NCBI GenBank assembly: GCA_934096125.1
Contig: CAKOLB010000004.1
Span: 55,117-119,116, forward strand
Reading direction: 5' to 3'
Source of the DNA: an uncultured Bacilli bacterium
GTDB taxonomy: Bacteria; Bacillota_I; Bacilli_A; RF39; UBA660
DNA length: 64,000 nucleotides
In this document: piece by piece, positions 20,257 through 30,405 of the stretch
How positions within the stretch are numbered: the first letter of the stretch is position 1
How the letters are laid out: each line of letters starts with the position of its first letter
Notes under the pieces: model-generated
The model's database searches: none
What the model was told of the DNA's origin: nothing
The model's input: the letters and a program-made list of their open reading frames with translations, nothing else
Position numbers and translations under genes: made by a program

Positions 20257-20798
20257 AAAATTTAAGGGGATGTATAATTGGTCTTGTTTATGATAAATAT
20301 AAAGAAGAGAAAATGACTGGCCTTGTAAAAGATATTGTAACTAAAAAGACTTTGGCATCTTTAAAAATGGTAGGTTTAGCTGAAAGTTTGGTAGATGAAG
20401 ATATAGGTAGTTTATCAAGGGGTGAGCAAAATAAAGTTGGGCTTGCAAGTAAACTTTTAGATGATGTGATTGTGCTAAAGGATTTTTCTGTAGGTTTAAC
20501 TAAGAAAGAATTAACATTTTATAAACGATTATTTAAAAAGATTTCATCTTATAATAAAAAAATAATTTTGATTGATAAGAATGCTGAGCTTTTTATAGAT
20601 TTAGTTGATAATATTTATGTGATTGATGAAGATATTTTGTATGAAACAAATGATATATATGATGCTAAACTTTATGACTATATCGATAAGCCATTTTTGG
20701 TAGAATTTACTATGCTTTCCGAAGACTATGGTGTTAAACTAAATCATTATTATGAACTAGATGAGCTTTTGAAAGCAATATATAGGATTAAATCATGA
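20247..20798 (+). CDS. degenerate EcfA-like ABC ATPase remnant (signature motif kept, Walker A/B lost)
   Basis: LSRGEQNKV resembles the LSGGQ signature. The Walker B position reads VLKDFSVGL and there is no P-loop. The C-terminal EcfA2-like tail is retained. GGAGG RBS before ATG 20247. Confidence 0.5.
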   Translation: MELKNLRGCIIGLVYDKYKEEKMTGLVKDIVTKKTLASLKMVGLAESLVDEDIGSLSRGEQNKVGLASKLLDDVIVLKDFSVGLTKKELTFYKRLFKKISSYNKKIILIDKNAELFIDLVDNIYVIDEDILYETNDIYDAKLYDYIDKPFLVEFTMLSEDYGVKLNHYYELDELLKAIYRIKS

Positions 20799-21514
20799 GA
20801 TACTTAATTCGTTTTAGATATGATGGTACTTGCTTTCATGGTTTTCAAAGGCAAAAAGAGTTAAAAAGTGTGCAGGGAACGCTGGAAAATGCTCTATCAA
20901 AAATGCTTGATTGTCAGATAGTTATTAAAGGTAGTGGCAGGACGGATGCAGGAGTTCATGCTTTAGCACAGTGTGCTCATTTTGATTATGATGGAAGTCT
21001 TGGCAAGAAAGATTTAGAAATAATTAATGATTATTTAGGAGGAGAAATCTATATTGATAAAATAGAGAAAAAGTCTAGTGATTTTCATGCTCGGCATAGT
21101 GTTTTAAAGAAGGTTTATGAATATCGGGTTAATTTTGGCCCTTTTAAAGATGAGTATAAAGGATACTATTATCAGTATAAGGGGAAGTTTGATATTAAAG
21201 AGATGAAAAGAGGGGCAAAGTTAATGGAAGGTAAACATGATTTTCGCCAGTTTGTAAGTGGACCACGGAATGATTATACTTCCTACATTTACAAAATAAC
21301 AATAAAAGTAAAGAAGAATATACTTATATTTAAGTTCGTTGGAGCAGGGTTTTATAGATATATGGTAAGGCATTTGGTTGGAGCTTTAATGGATATTGGG
21401 AAAGGAAAATTAAAGGCTGAAGATGTTAAAGCTATGCTGGAGTGTCAAGATATGTCTAAAAATCATAGTATTGTGGTGGCAGATGGCCTTTATTTAGTGA
21501 AAGTTTATTATTAA
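20795..21514 (+). CDS. truA: tRNA pseudouridine(38-40) synthase
   Basis: GSGRTDAGVHA catalytic motif, FYRYMVRHLVG, and conserved truA-rplM-rpsI order. Confidence 0.9.
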   Translation: MRYLIRFRYDGTCFHGFQRQKELKSVQGTLENALSKMLDCQIVIKGSGRTDAGVHALAQCAHFDYDGSLGKKDLEIINDYLGGEIYIDKIEKKSSDFHARHSVLKKVYEYRVNFGPFKDEYKGYYYQYKGKFDIKEMKRGAKLMEGKHDFRQFVSGPRNDYTSYIYKITIKVKKNILIFKFVGAGFYRYMVRHLVGALMDIGKGKLKAEDVKAMLECQDMSKNHSIVVADGLYLVKVYY

Positions 21515-21530
21515 TAATCGTGAAAACTTG

Positions 21531-21559
21531 TTGACTTTTTGTAGGTTTTCCCATATAAT
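21531..21559 (+). promoter_or_regulatory. sigma-A type promoter of the rplM-rpsI operon, followed by an ~80-nt leader
   Basis: TTGACT (21531-21536), 17-nt spacer, TATAAT (21554-21559). The leader up to ATG 21640 may be an L13-type autoregulatory leader, but I did not verify any structure. Confidence 0.6.
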
Positions 21560-21639
21560 TTTAATCGGTACATTTAATTTGTGATTTTTATTTAGCCGTG
21601 GGAAAGCTTGATAAAAAACATAAATGGAAGGAAATTATT

Positions 21640-22071
21640 ATGAAAACATTTATGCAAAGAAAAGAAGATATCGAAAGAAATTGGTATGTAATTGATGCTG
21701 AAGGTCAAACTCTTGGACGCATTGCAACTAAGGCTGCCCATGTACTTCGTGGAAAGCATAAAGTTACATATACTCCTCATGTTGACTGTGGCGATTATGT
21801 TATTATTATTAATGCAGAAAAAGTTGCTTTAACTGGTAACAAACTAAATGATAAGATGTATTATAATCATAGTGGTTATCCAGGAGGACTTAGAGAAAGA
21901 ACTGCAAAAGAAATGATTGAAAAATATCCAGAAGAAATGGTTGAAAGAGCTGTTAAAGGAATGCTTCCTCACAATAGACTTGGAAGAGCTATGGGTAAGA
22001 AGTTATTTGTTTATCGTGGTACTGATCATAAGCATCAAGCTCAAAAACCACAAGCTTTGGAAGTTAAATAG
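21640..22071 (+). CDS. rplM: 50S ribosomal protein L13
   Basis: Classic L13 N-terminus [29 protein letters not shown]. Start set to ATG 21640 rather than 21598. Confidence 0.95.
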   Translation: MKTFMQRKEDIERNWYVIDAEGQTLGRIATKAAHVLRGKHKVTYTPHVDCGDYVIIINAEKVALTGNKLNDKMYYNHSGYPGGLRERTAKEMIEKYPEEMVERAVKGMLPHNRLGRAMGKKLFVYRGTDHKHQAQKPQALEVK

Positions 22072-22079
22072 GAGGATAT

Positions 22080-22499
22080 ATGACTAAGAAACAAGAATGG
22101 ACTGCAACAGGTAGAAGAAAAAGAAGTGTTGCGCAAGTAAAACTTGTTGGTGGAACAGGTAATATTACTGTTAATGGTGTTGATGTTAATGAGTATATGC
22201 CATATGCTACACTTGTAAAAGATTTAAAACAACCACTTACTGTTACTGATAATGAAAATCGTTTTGATATTACAGTTACTGTTAAAGGTGGAGGTTTTTC
22301 TGGTCAAACTGGTGCTATTAGATTAGCTATTACTAGAGCATTACTTAAATTTGATGCTAATACTGACCAAACTAGGGAAGATAGTTATAGACATGTTTTA
22401 AAAATTAATGGATTTACAACAAGAGATCCAAGAATTAAAGAAAGAAAGAAATATGGTCTTAAAAAAGCACGTCGTGCACCACAATTCTCTAAGAGATAA
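22080..22499 (+). CDS. rpsI: 30S ribosomal protein S9
   Basis: [10 protein letters not shown] motif and C-terminal [14 protein letters not shown]. Confidence 0.95.
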   Translation: MTKKQEWTATGRRKRSVAQVKLVGGTGNITVNGVDVNEYMPYATLVKDLKQPLTVTDNENRFDITVTVKGGGFSGQTGAIRLAITRALLKFDANTDQTREDSYRHVLKINGFTTRDPRIKERKKYGLKKARRAPQFSKR

Positions 22500-22518
22500 T
22501 ATCAATTTTCTTTGGAAA

Positions 22519-22543
22519 GGCTACCCTTTTGGGTGGTTTTTTT
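22519..22543 (+). terminator. rho-independent terminator after rpsI
   Basis: CTACCC-TTTT-GGGTGG hairpin (one G-U pair) followed by a T7 run. Confidence 0.6.
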
Positions 22544-22786
22544 GTTTAGCTTCATTTTCTACATATGCTTACTTTATTGCTCAAAGTGATACTGCGTCGA
22601 ATAGTAGTGTGCGAGTACAAACATCCCCAACTGATAACTTATCTTTTAGTATGGGGTCTTCCATTAACTTAACGGCAGACCAATCATCATTTGCAAGTGG
22701 TAAAGGTAATGTGACAGGAAGTACAACTGCAAAATTTAACTCGTATTAAGGAGTTATGTGAAAAAAATGAGGACATAGACCCAGCA

Positions 22787-23065
22787 GTGCGGATGGCTCG
22801 TCTTGATGCTTTGAATAAGTGTCTCTCTTTATCAGATGCTTTGGATACAAAAGATGTTTGTGAACTTGATAAAAAACGTGATGGGGTTATGATAAGTGGA
22901 TATGAAGATGGTCTTAGTCCGGTGGAAAAGCTATATCAAGAAATTGTTAGTTTGCATCTTTATACTTCTCAAGAGAGGTTTTTACGAAATCTTTTGAAAG
23001 AAAGCAGAGATATGCCTGATAGTACAAAAAGATATTATGGTTTGCCGCTTTCTAGAACACGCTAG
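22787..23065 (+). CDS. hypothetical protein (no recognisable family)
   Basis: 92-codon ORF with a GTG start (alternative ATG 22793). It ends inside a palindromic terminator. No motif recognised. Confidence 0.35.
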   Translation: MRMARLDALNKCLSLSDALDTKDVCELDKKRDGVMISGYEDGLSPVEKLYQEIVSLHLYTSQERFLRNLLKESRDMPDSTKRYYGLPLSRTR

Positions 23066-23084
23066 AGAATTCTCTAGTTTTTTT
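23062..23084 (+). terminator. palindromic hairpin plus T-run
   Basis: CTAGAGAATTCTCTAG perfect 16-nt palindrome followed by TTTTTTT. Confidence 0.5.
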
Positions 23085-23155
23085 ATGTCAACGTGATCTT
23101 AATTTTCTTGTAAAACATTATTATAAATAGTACAATTAATTTGTGAGGTATAGAT

Positions 23156-24019
23156 ATGAGGCTAAGTGAAAAATGGCAAGATTATGAATGTATAGATGCT
23201 GGTAATGGAGAAAAGTTAGAACGATTTGGAGATGTTGTGCTTGTAAGACCGGAACCACAAGCGATGTGGCCAAGGCAAATAAATGATAGTTGGAAAAAAA
23301 TTGATGGGATTTATCATCGAAGTAAAGATGGGGGAGGAAGCTGGGAGTTTTATAAAAAGTTGCCAGATTTTTGGACAGTTTCTTATGGCGATTTAGTGTT
23401 TAAAGTAACGCCGACGAATTTTAAGCACACTGGTCTTTTCCCTGAACAAGCCACTAACTGGGATTTTATGATGGATAAAATAAAAAATGCCGGCCGAGAT
23501 ATAAAAGTTTTGAACTTGTTTGGATATACAGGGGCAGCGACAGTTGCTTGTAGTAAAGCTGGGGCTAAAGAGGTAGTGCATGTAGATGCGTCTAAAGGAA
23601 TTGTTGGATGGGCTAAAGAAAATGCTAAATTATCTGGTGTTAGCAACAACTACATTAGATATTTAGTAGATGATTGTTTGAAGTTTGTTGAAAGAGAGAT
23701 TAGAAGAGGTAATAAGTATGATGCAATAGTTATGGACCCTCCAAGCTATGGACGAGGACCCTCTGGGGAAATGTGGAAACTTGAAAAAAATTTAGAAAAA
23801 CTCATTACTAGGTGCTCTATGTTACTTTCTGATAAACCATTATTCTTTTTAATAAATGCTTATACTACAGGTTTATCTAGTACAGTTTTATATAATATAT
23901 TAAAACTTACGATCGAAAAGAAATATAATGGAAAGGTTGATGCTGGAGAAATAGGTCTTCCAATTACTAATAATAAACTTGTTCTTCCTTGTGGTATTTA
24001 CGGTAGATGGCAGGCATGA
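23156..24019 (+). CDS. class I SAM-dependent (RlmI/RlmK-like) RNA methyltransferase
   Basis: LNLFGYTGAATVA SAM-binding motif, HVDASK, and VMDPPSYGRGP catalytic-loop motif. Confidence 0.7.
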   Translation: MRLSEKWQDYECIDAGNGEKLERFGDVVLVRPEPQAMWPRQINDSWKKIDGIYHRSKDGGGSWEFYKKLPDFWTVSYGDLVFKVTPTNFKHTGLFPEQATNWDFMMDKIKNAGRDIKVLNLFGYTGAATVACSKAGAKEVVHVDASKGIVGWAKENAKLSGVSNNYIRYLVDDCLKFVEREIRRGNKYDAIVMDPPSYGRGPSGEMWKLEKNLEKLITRCSMLLSDKPLFFLINAYTTGLSSTVLYNILKLTIEKKYNGKVDAGEIGLPITNNKLVLPCGIYGRWQA

Positions 24020-24729
24020 GAAGTAATAGAGATATTTTTATAAGTTATGTAAATAGTTTTAAGTTTAAGGGAAAAGAAAGTAATCGAAAACTTAATCACT
24101 CGGTTAGAGTAAGCATGCTTTGTAAAGGAATTGCTAAAAGTCTTAACTTAAGTGAAAAAGAAATAGAACTTGCCGAGTTAATTGGACTTGTTCATGATAT
24201 TGGGAGATTTTGGCAATGGGAAAAATATCAGACGTTTGATGATAGTAAAAGTATTGATCATGCGTTGCTGGGAATAGAAGTCTTATTTGAAAATAAAGTG
24301 ATTGAAGATTTTAATGTTGATATCAAAGACTTTCAAACTATTAAAGATGCTGTCTTTTATCATAATAAATATAAAGTAGATAATGCACTTAATCTTGAGA
24401 GTTTAATTATGGTAAAAATAATAAGGGATGCTGATAAAGCGGACATACTTTGTATGGTTGCTAATGATATACTTCCTTTAGAGGAAGATGGACAAAAGTT
24501 AAGTGAGCAAGTAGTACGTAGTTTTTTGAATAAGACTAGTGTAAAAATACTAGATGTACATAACTTGAGTGATAAGATACTTTTTCAACTGGCCTTTATA
24601 TTTGATTTAAATTTTGAGTATACAAAAAAATTTGTAAAAAAAGAAAGATGTTTAGATGTAATATATGAAAAATTAGAGAAAAAAGAGGTTATTAAGCCTT
24701 ACTTTGAATTTGGAAAAAGATATTTGTAA
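24007..24729 (+). CDS. HD-domain phosphohydrolase
   Basis: H...LVHDIGR HD motif and RDADKADIL. Confidence 0.7.
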   Translation: MAGMRSNRDIFISYVNSFKFKGKESNRKLNHSVRVSMLCKGIAKSLNLSEKEIELAELIGLVHDIGRFWQWEKYQTFDDSKSIDHALLGIEVLFENKVIEDFNVDIKDFQTIKDAVFYHNKYKVDNALNLESLIMVKIIRDADKADILCMVANDILPLEEDGQKLSEQVVRSFLNKTSVKILDVHNLSDKILFQLAFIFDLNFEYTKKFVKKERCLDVIYEKLEKKEVIKPYFEFGKRYL

Positions 24730-24795
24730 GTTATGTCTTTTTTTTTGAAAAGTTATGTTATATAATAGGTTTGCTAAAAAAAGTGGGTGAAGTAT

Positions 24796-25620
24796 ATGGA
24801 AGAAAGATATAAAGAGATAGAAAGAAGTATTATAAAGAAGTATCGAAAAGAGTTATGGAGTAAATTTATGCATGGGGTTTCTTTATATAACCTAATTGAA
24901 GAAGGGGATAGAGTAATGGTGTGTGTGTCTGGTGGTAAAGACTCTTTTTTGCTTGCAAAATGTATTGAAGAATTACAAAAACATGGGAATGTTCATTTTG
25001 ATGCCTATTTTGTTATGATGGATCCTGGCTATAGTGAAGAGACACTTGAAGCAATTTGGAAGAATGCTGAGGTTTTAAATGTTGATTTGCAAAGTTTTAA
25101 GTCTGATATTTTTGAAGTTACAAATGAGCTGGCAGAGAAAAGTCCTTGTTATTTATGTGCGAGAATGAGAAGAGGGCATTTATATAATAAGGCTAAGGAG
25201 CTTGGGTGTAATAAAATAGCTTTAGGTCATCACTTCGATGATGTTATTGAGACAACTCTTTTATCAATGTTTTATGGAGCGGAGCTAAAAACAATGCTTC
25301 CGAAACTACATAGTGATAATTTTGAGCATATAGATTTAATTAGACCTCTTTATTTTGTTAAAGAAGAAAATATTATAAAATGGAGAGAATATAATAATCT
25401 AAAGTTTATTAATTGTGCTTGTAAGTTTACTTTGGAAAATAATGTACCTAATAAAGGAACAAGTAAAAGAAAAGAGATAAAGGAAATAATAAAAAGTCTT
25501 AAAAAAATAAATAAAGATATTGATTATAATATATTTAAGTCTTTAGATAATATAAATTTAAATTGTGTTCTAGGTTATAAAAAGGATGGCGATTATAAAT
25601 CATTTTTAGACAATTTTTAG
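24796..25620 (+). CDS. ttcA: TtcA-family tRNA thiolation ATPase (PP-loop)
   Basis: PP-loop VCVSGGKDS, CYLCARMRRG, and LGHHFDDVIET. Start set to ATG 24796. Confidence 0.75.
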   Translation: MEERYKEIERSIIKKYRKELWSKFMHGVSLYNLIEEGDRVMVCVSGGKDSFLLAKCIEELQKHGNVHFDAYFVMMDPGYSEETLEAIWKNAEVLNVDLQSFKSDIFEVTNELAEKSPCYLCARMRRGHLYNKAKELGCNKIALGHHFDDVIETTLLSMFYGAELKTMLPKLHSDNFEHIDLIRPLYFVKEENIIKWREYNNLKFINCACKFTLENNVPNKGTSKRKEIKEIIKSLKKINKDIDYNIFKSLDNINLNCVLGYKKDGDYKSFLDNF

Positions 25621-25628
25621 GGGGATAT

Positions 25629-27080
25629 ATGGATAGTGAAAAGTTACCAAAGGATATTTGGGAGAAAATAAATTATAAACATTTGCGAAAAATAGAAGAA
25701 AGCTTGCAGCCTCTTGTAGGGAATATGGCAAGGATTTATGCAGTGCATTTTCTTTTGTTAATTGGTTATGAAAGAGCATGGGATTTTGTAAATAATAAAT
25801 ATGGTACTTTAAATAAAGAAAATGTCCAAAAAATATTTAATGTGGATGAAGATATAAGTTATGTAAAGTTTACTTTGGATAAGAAAAGATATGTGCCAGT
25901 TTTAAATGAAAGGTTAGTGGAAAAGCTTTTTGGAAAAAGTTATAAAGATGAAACTTCATTAATTAAAGAGTATATAAATGGATTTGAAAAACAAATGACA
26001 AGTCAAAAACAACATAAGAAGAATGCAGAAGAGTTTATTGATAATTTTTATTATATACATAAGAATTTCGATAAGATAGTAGAACTTCATTATGAAAAAC
26101 AAGCTCTTTTTCAAAAAAAAATAAGATTAAATATTGAGGAGATTAATAAACTTTGTAAAGTATGTCGAGAAAATAGACCTTATAATAAATATTCTTTTTT
26201 GGAAAGTTATGCAAGGTTTATGGATAATGGTGATTTGGTTTTGGCTAGGACTAGCGAGTTAAAAAAGTTTATGGATTTGCAAAAGTTTAAAAAGATACCT
26301 AATACATTTGTGTATAATGATGGTTATTTCATGCATATGATGGGGCCACATGATGAGAGAATATTTGCTTCTGGTTATAAAACTCATAGTTGTTTTGCCC
26401 CAATGCATAATGCTGATAATAAAGGAAAGGATAATGGGCTTCTTTCGTATTCAATAAAGAGTATGTATGGTGGAGTGCTTGAACTAATTAATAATCAAGG
26501 TAAAGTTTTGATGATTGGCCCTATTTTAAGAAATGGTAATGTTTTGATGATACATTCAATTGAGAGTATTAATTTGACTATAGAGGAAAAAACAGTGCTA
26601 GAAAAGATGCTTCATAAGTGGAGTGAAAGAGTAATTATGGAAAGTAAGTTTAATCATGATGATATAGATTATGTGTTAATTACTGATTTACATCCAATGA
26701 TAGATTTTGATTCACTTTCAAAAAGCCCATATAAATTTGAAGTTTATGATCCTTTTGAAGAATATGAGGGAATGTATACCAATTTTGATAAGACAGAGCA
26801 TTACGTTTTAAAGGCAAATCAAAATAAGGACATGAAGTTTGGGAGTATGGTTTCAGCTTTGTATACTTATGATGATTATAATTTATTATGCGGAGTTTTT
26901 TTGCCTTTGAACATTATAAAAATAAAGGATATGAAAAAGCTAAAAGAAGTGCTTTTAAAAAGGAGTTTGGAAGATAATATTAATTACTTTCAAGTTTATA
27001 ATGATTTGGTGGGTACTGGGTTTGACAAAGTGTATTATGATAATTTTGGAAATGTTTTAAAAAGAGAAAAAAAATTGTAA
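25629..27080 (+). CDS. hypothetical protein, 483 aa, no family recognised
   Basis: Long uninterrupted ORF tightly packed after ttcA. No motif I can name. Confidence 0.5.
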   Translation: MDSEKLPKDIWEKINYKHLRKIEESLQPLVGNMARIYAVHFLLLIGYERAWDFVNNKYGTLNKENVQKIFNVDEDISYVKFTLDKKRYVPVLNERLVEKLFGKSYKDETSLIKEYINGFEKQMTSQKQHKKNAEEFIDNFYYIHKNFDKIVELHYEKQALFQKKIRLNIEEINKLCKVCRENRPYNKYSFLESYARFMDNGDLVLARTSELKKFMDLQKFKKIPNTFVYNDGYFMHMMGPHDERIFASGYKTHSCFAPMHNADNKGKDNGLLSYSIKSMYGGVLELINNQGKVLMIGPILRNGNVLMIHSIESINLTIEEKTVLEKMLHKWSERVIMESKFNHDDIDYVLITDLHPMIDFDSLSKSPYKFEVYDPFEEYEGMYTNFDKTEHYVLKANQNKDMKFGSMVSALYTYDDYNLLCGVFLPLNIIKIKDMKKLKEVLLKRSLEDNINYFQVYNDLVGTGFDKVYYDNFGNVLKREKKL

Positions 27081-27156
27081 TGAATAATATAAATGAAAAA
27101 GTAATTGATTTAAAAAGTTATGGAAATAAAAGAAGTAATTATTAATAATATTTAAT

Positions 27157-27807
27157 ATGAATAGATATTATTGGTTTGTAATTACTCTTTTTTTGCTAGT
27201 TTTAGTATTTTTTAGTGGCAAATCTGCTCATGCTAGTTTACCTCTTTTGGGAAGAACTATTGTGGTTGATGCAGGACATGGCGGGTTAGACCCTGGAGCT
27301 ATTTATAATGATATTTATGAGAAAGACATTACTTTAAAAATTGGAAAGTATTTAGAAGAGTATTTGACTAAAATGGGGGCAACAGTTGTGATGACAAGAA
27401 CTGATAATAATGATTTAAGTAATGGAACACAAAACAAACGAAAGAAAAAAGATTTTGATGAAAGAATTAAAATAATTAATGATAAAAAAATAGATATGTA
27501 TGTATCAGTTCATTTAAACTTTTTAAAAAATTCTAGATACTATGGTCCTCAAGTGTTTTATAATTATGATAACAAAGATTTGGCTGATTTCATTCAGAAA
27601 TATTTAAATAAACAACTTAAAGGGAAAAGAAATGTTAAAAGTATTCCAAGTAATACATATATGTATAAGAGATTAAAAAGGCCAGGATTTTTGATAGAAT
27701 GTGGGTTTTTATCAAACGCTGAAGAAAGAAATAAACTTACAAATAAAAGTTATCAACAAAAGTTTGCTCAGAGTTTAGCTGAAGCGATAAGTCATTATTA
27801 TAATTAA
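27157..27807 (+). CDS. cwlD: germination-specific N-acetylmuramoyl-L-alanine amidase CwlD (Amidase_3)
   Basis: Signal/TM N-terminus, VVDAGHGGLDPGA, SVHLNF, LIECGFLSN, and CwlD-like length. Confidence 0.8.
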   Translation: MNRYYWFVITLFLLVLVFFSGKSAHASLPLLGRTIVVDAGHGGLDPGAIYNDIYEKDITLKIGKYLEEYLTKMGATVVMTRTDNNDLSNGTQNKRKKKDFDERIKIINDKKIDMYVSVHLNFLKNSRYYGPQVFYNYDNKDLADFIQKYLNKQLKGKRNVKSIPSNTYMYKRLKRPGFLIECGFLSNAEERNKLTNKSYQQKFAQSLAEAISHYYN

Positions 27808-27971
27808 TTGTTATTAACTGTGGCTTTTTTTGTTTTAGTATGTTATGATAAAGTAAAGTAGAGTTAGTAAATGGTAGTTGTGTTATTCTTTAGTTGGTCA
27901 ATTATTTTTATAATTCTATTTGTTTTTGAATAATCAGAATAAATGATTGATGAGAAAGGAAGTTGTAGTTT

Positions 27972-28844
27972 ATGAATTGTTCAAATTGTGGTTATTATAA
28001 TAATACTGAGTCAAAATTTTGTGTTAAGTGTGGTCAAAGTTTGGCTTTAAGTGTTGATGTGAATTCATTAGGAGCGGCATCAAATGTGCAAATGCCTATT
28101 AACAACGTTGGTGTTGTGGAGAAACAAGTTAACATCCAACCTCAAAGCCCTGAAGTTTTAAGTGTTTCAAATAATAGTAAAGTTGAAATAATGGATTTAT
28201 TTAAATTAGTATTTAGTTTTATTACTAAGCCGTTTACAGCAACTCAAGAAAAAATGGGTATGATTTCTGAGATTAAAAATTCAGTTTTAATAACAGTAAT
28301 TGTTTCACTTATTGCAACACTTATTAATTTAGTGAAATCAATGATTTCTGCGGTAGTGGTTAAAGATTTTGACTGGTATGCTGGAACTTATAAGACAACT
28401 GTTCAAATGGCTAATTTAGGTAAATTAAATTATTTACAATTAATCGGAAAAACTTTAATTATCATAATAGCTTCGATTGCTTTTATTGCAGCGGTTTATT
28501 ATATTGTAAGCTTGATTATAAAAAAGCAACCTTCTTTTGCTAAAATACTGGGAATATCAGCTCTTTGTGTTACTCCAGTTTTAGGAGCGGTATTGTTATT
28601 TGCACCTATATTGTCTCTTATATGGTCTTTATTGTATATGCCAGTAGTTATTATAGGTTTTGTTTATACTTTTATTCTTATGTATGAAGGCATTAATAAT
28701 GAAATAGCACTAGATGGTAATGTTAAATATTATTTTAATTTAATATGTTTATCGATTATTCTTATAGCACTATACTATTTATATACTAAGATGTTTGTCG
28801 GTTCTATTACGGGAATAAGTGACGTAATGAATTTACTAGGGTAA
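27972..28844 (+). CDS. zinc-ribbon plus Yip1-like polytopic membrane protein
   Basis: N-terminal CSNCG...CVKCG double-CxxC ribbon, then about five TM segments. Confidence 0.5.
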   Translation: MNCSNCGYYNNTESKFCVKCGQSLALSVDVNSLGAASNVQMPINNVGVVEKQVNIQPQSPEVLSVSNNSKVEIMDLFKLVFSFITKPFTATQEKMGMISEIKNSVLITVIVSLIATLINLVKSMISAVVVKDFDWYAGTYKTTVQMANLGKLNYLQLIGKTLIIIIASIAFIAAVYYIVSLIIKKQPSFAKILGISALCVTPVLGAVLLFAPILSLIWSLLYMPVVIIGFVYTFILMYEGINNEIALDGNVKYYFNLICLSIILIALYYLYTKMFVGSITGISDVMNLLG

Positions 28845-28852
28845 TTTTAGTT

Positions 28853-30388
28853 ATGAATAATAATTATAATTTTGACCCTATGACAGGTGCACCAATTCAA
28901 CAGAGTGTTAATGACTTACAAAAAAAGAAAAAAAATAATATTTTTAAATTTGTTGTGGCTGGTATAGTTTTATGTGTAGTTGTTGGTCTATTATTTTTAT
29001 TTTTAAATAAAAATGATAAAAATGTGAATTCTTTAACTGTGGATTATGATTTAATTTTTGATGTGAGTAAACCAATTCCGGTAAAAAATGGAGATAAATA
29101 TGGATATATTGATACTGATGGAAAAATTTTATTAGATTTTAACTATAAAGCAGCGGATACTTTTTATGGTGATTATGCGGTTGTAGGTGTTGATAATCCT
29201 GATAAAACTGCTTATTATGATACTGTTTATGAGGTTATTGATAGAAATGGAAATGTGAAAATGACCTCTGATAGTTATGTTGCTCCAAAGTATTATGAAG
29301 ATGCTGGTGTATGGGTTATTAATAACACTATGTATGACTCTAAACTTAATAAGCTTTTAGATGATGGGGTAGACGTTAAATATTTGGCATATGATTATTT
29401 TCAATTTATAAATAGAGAAAAAAAAGAATCTGGAATCATTAAATCAAATGGGAAGAAAGTCTATACTATAAATGAAAGTTATATTTCTTCAAGTATATCA
29501 GAAAATGAATATAATCAAGATGATTTATATGCTGAGATTCGTACCTCTGGAGATAATGGTAAGGAAATGGTTATATCCTTAAAAACAAATGATGTTTTAT
29601 TTACTTTAGATGATGCTGATAAATACTATTTGAATGCTGAAAAAGATGGTATTTTTACTTATTATAATCATGAACAAGATGATGGTTATGAAAATAAAAA
29701 GTATTTAGTATTCATGAATAATAAATTAGTTTATCAAACTACTGAAAAGGTATCTGATGTAAAATTCTTAGATTATAAAAATCAAATCTTAAAAATAAGT
29801 TATGGTTATGATTATAGAGAGTTAGGAAAAGAGTATTTATTTGATTATTACGATATTAAAAGTGGGTCTATGTTAAGTTCAGAACCTGATAATTCGAGTT
29901 CGGATTCTGATTTAGAAAAAGAGAAAAGAGAAAAAGACTATGGATATAAAGAATTCATGTGCTCAGGAAAGGTTGGTTTAAAGAAAGATAATAAAGAAGT
30001 AGTATCTTGTGATTATTATGAAATTGATTATTTAAACTTGAATATGTTTAATTATATGAAATCAAAAGGACAAGAGTTAGTTGTGTTAGAAAAATATGAT
30101 GAAACGATATTATATGATGTTAAAAATTCAAAAACAATAGAATCGTTTGATTCTTTAACTTATGTTACTCCTACGGGGAATACTACTTTTATTGATTTAT
30201 CTAAATATGATGATAATTTTACAAAGACTGGAGTTCATGTTTATAACTTAATAACTAATAAATCTATGGATTATTCTGGAGATGTTAATGTTAGTTTAAA
30301 AGTTAATTATATAATAGTAGATGATGGAACTAAGCAAACATATTATAATATGGATTTTAAAGAAATATATAGTGTAGAAAAAGTGTAG
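28853..30388 (+). CDS. membrane-anchored WG-repeat (KWG) protein
   Basis: Single TM after a K-rich N-terminus, with repeats of the NGDKYGYIDTDGKILLDFNYKAADTFYGDYAVV type. Confidence 0.5.
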   Translation: MNNNYNFDPMTGAPIQQSVNDLQKKKKNNIFKFVVAGIVLCVVVGLLFLFLNKNDKNVNSLTVDYDLIFDVSKPIPVKNGDKYGYIDTDGKILLDFNYKAADTFYGDYAVVGVDNPDKTAYYDTVYEVIDRNGNVKMTSDSYVAPKYYEDAGVWVINNTMYDSKLNKLLDDGVDVKYLAYDYFQFINREKKESGIIKSNGKKVYTINESYISSSISENEYNQDDLYAEIRTSGDNGKEMVISLKTNDVLFTLDDADKYYLNAEKDGIFTYYNHEQDDGYENKKYLVFMNNKLVYQTTEKVSDVKFLDYKNQILKISYGYDYRELGKEYLFDYYDIKSGSMLSSEPDNSSSDSDLEKEKREKDYGYKEFMCSGKVGLKKDNKEVVSCDYYEIDYLNLNMFNYMKSKGQELVVLEKYDETILYDVKNSKTIESFDSLTYVTPTGNTTFIDLSKYDDNFTKTGVHVYNLITNKSMDYSGDVNVSLKVNYIIVDDGTKQTYYNMDFKEIYSVEKV

Positions 30389-30405
30389 TGAAAGAGGGAA
30401 GTTAT

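Noticed and set aside
22408-22749. ORF 22408-22749 as a real 113-aa gene.
   Set aside because: Its first third overlaps the rpsI coding region and it runs through the rpsI terminator. Only the distal part has protein-like sequence, which I treat as a relic fragment.
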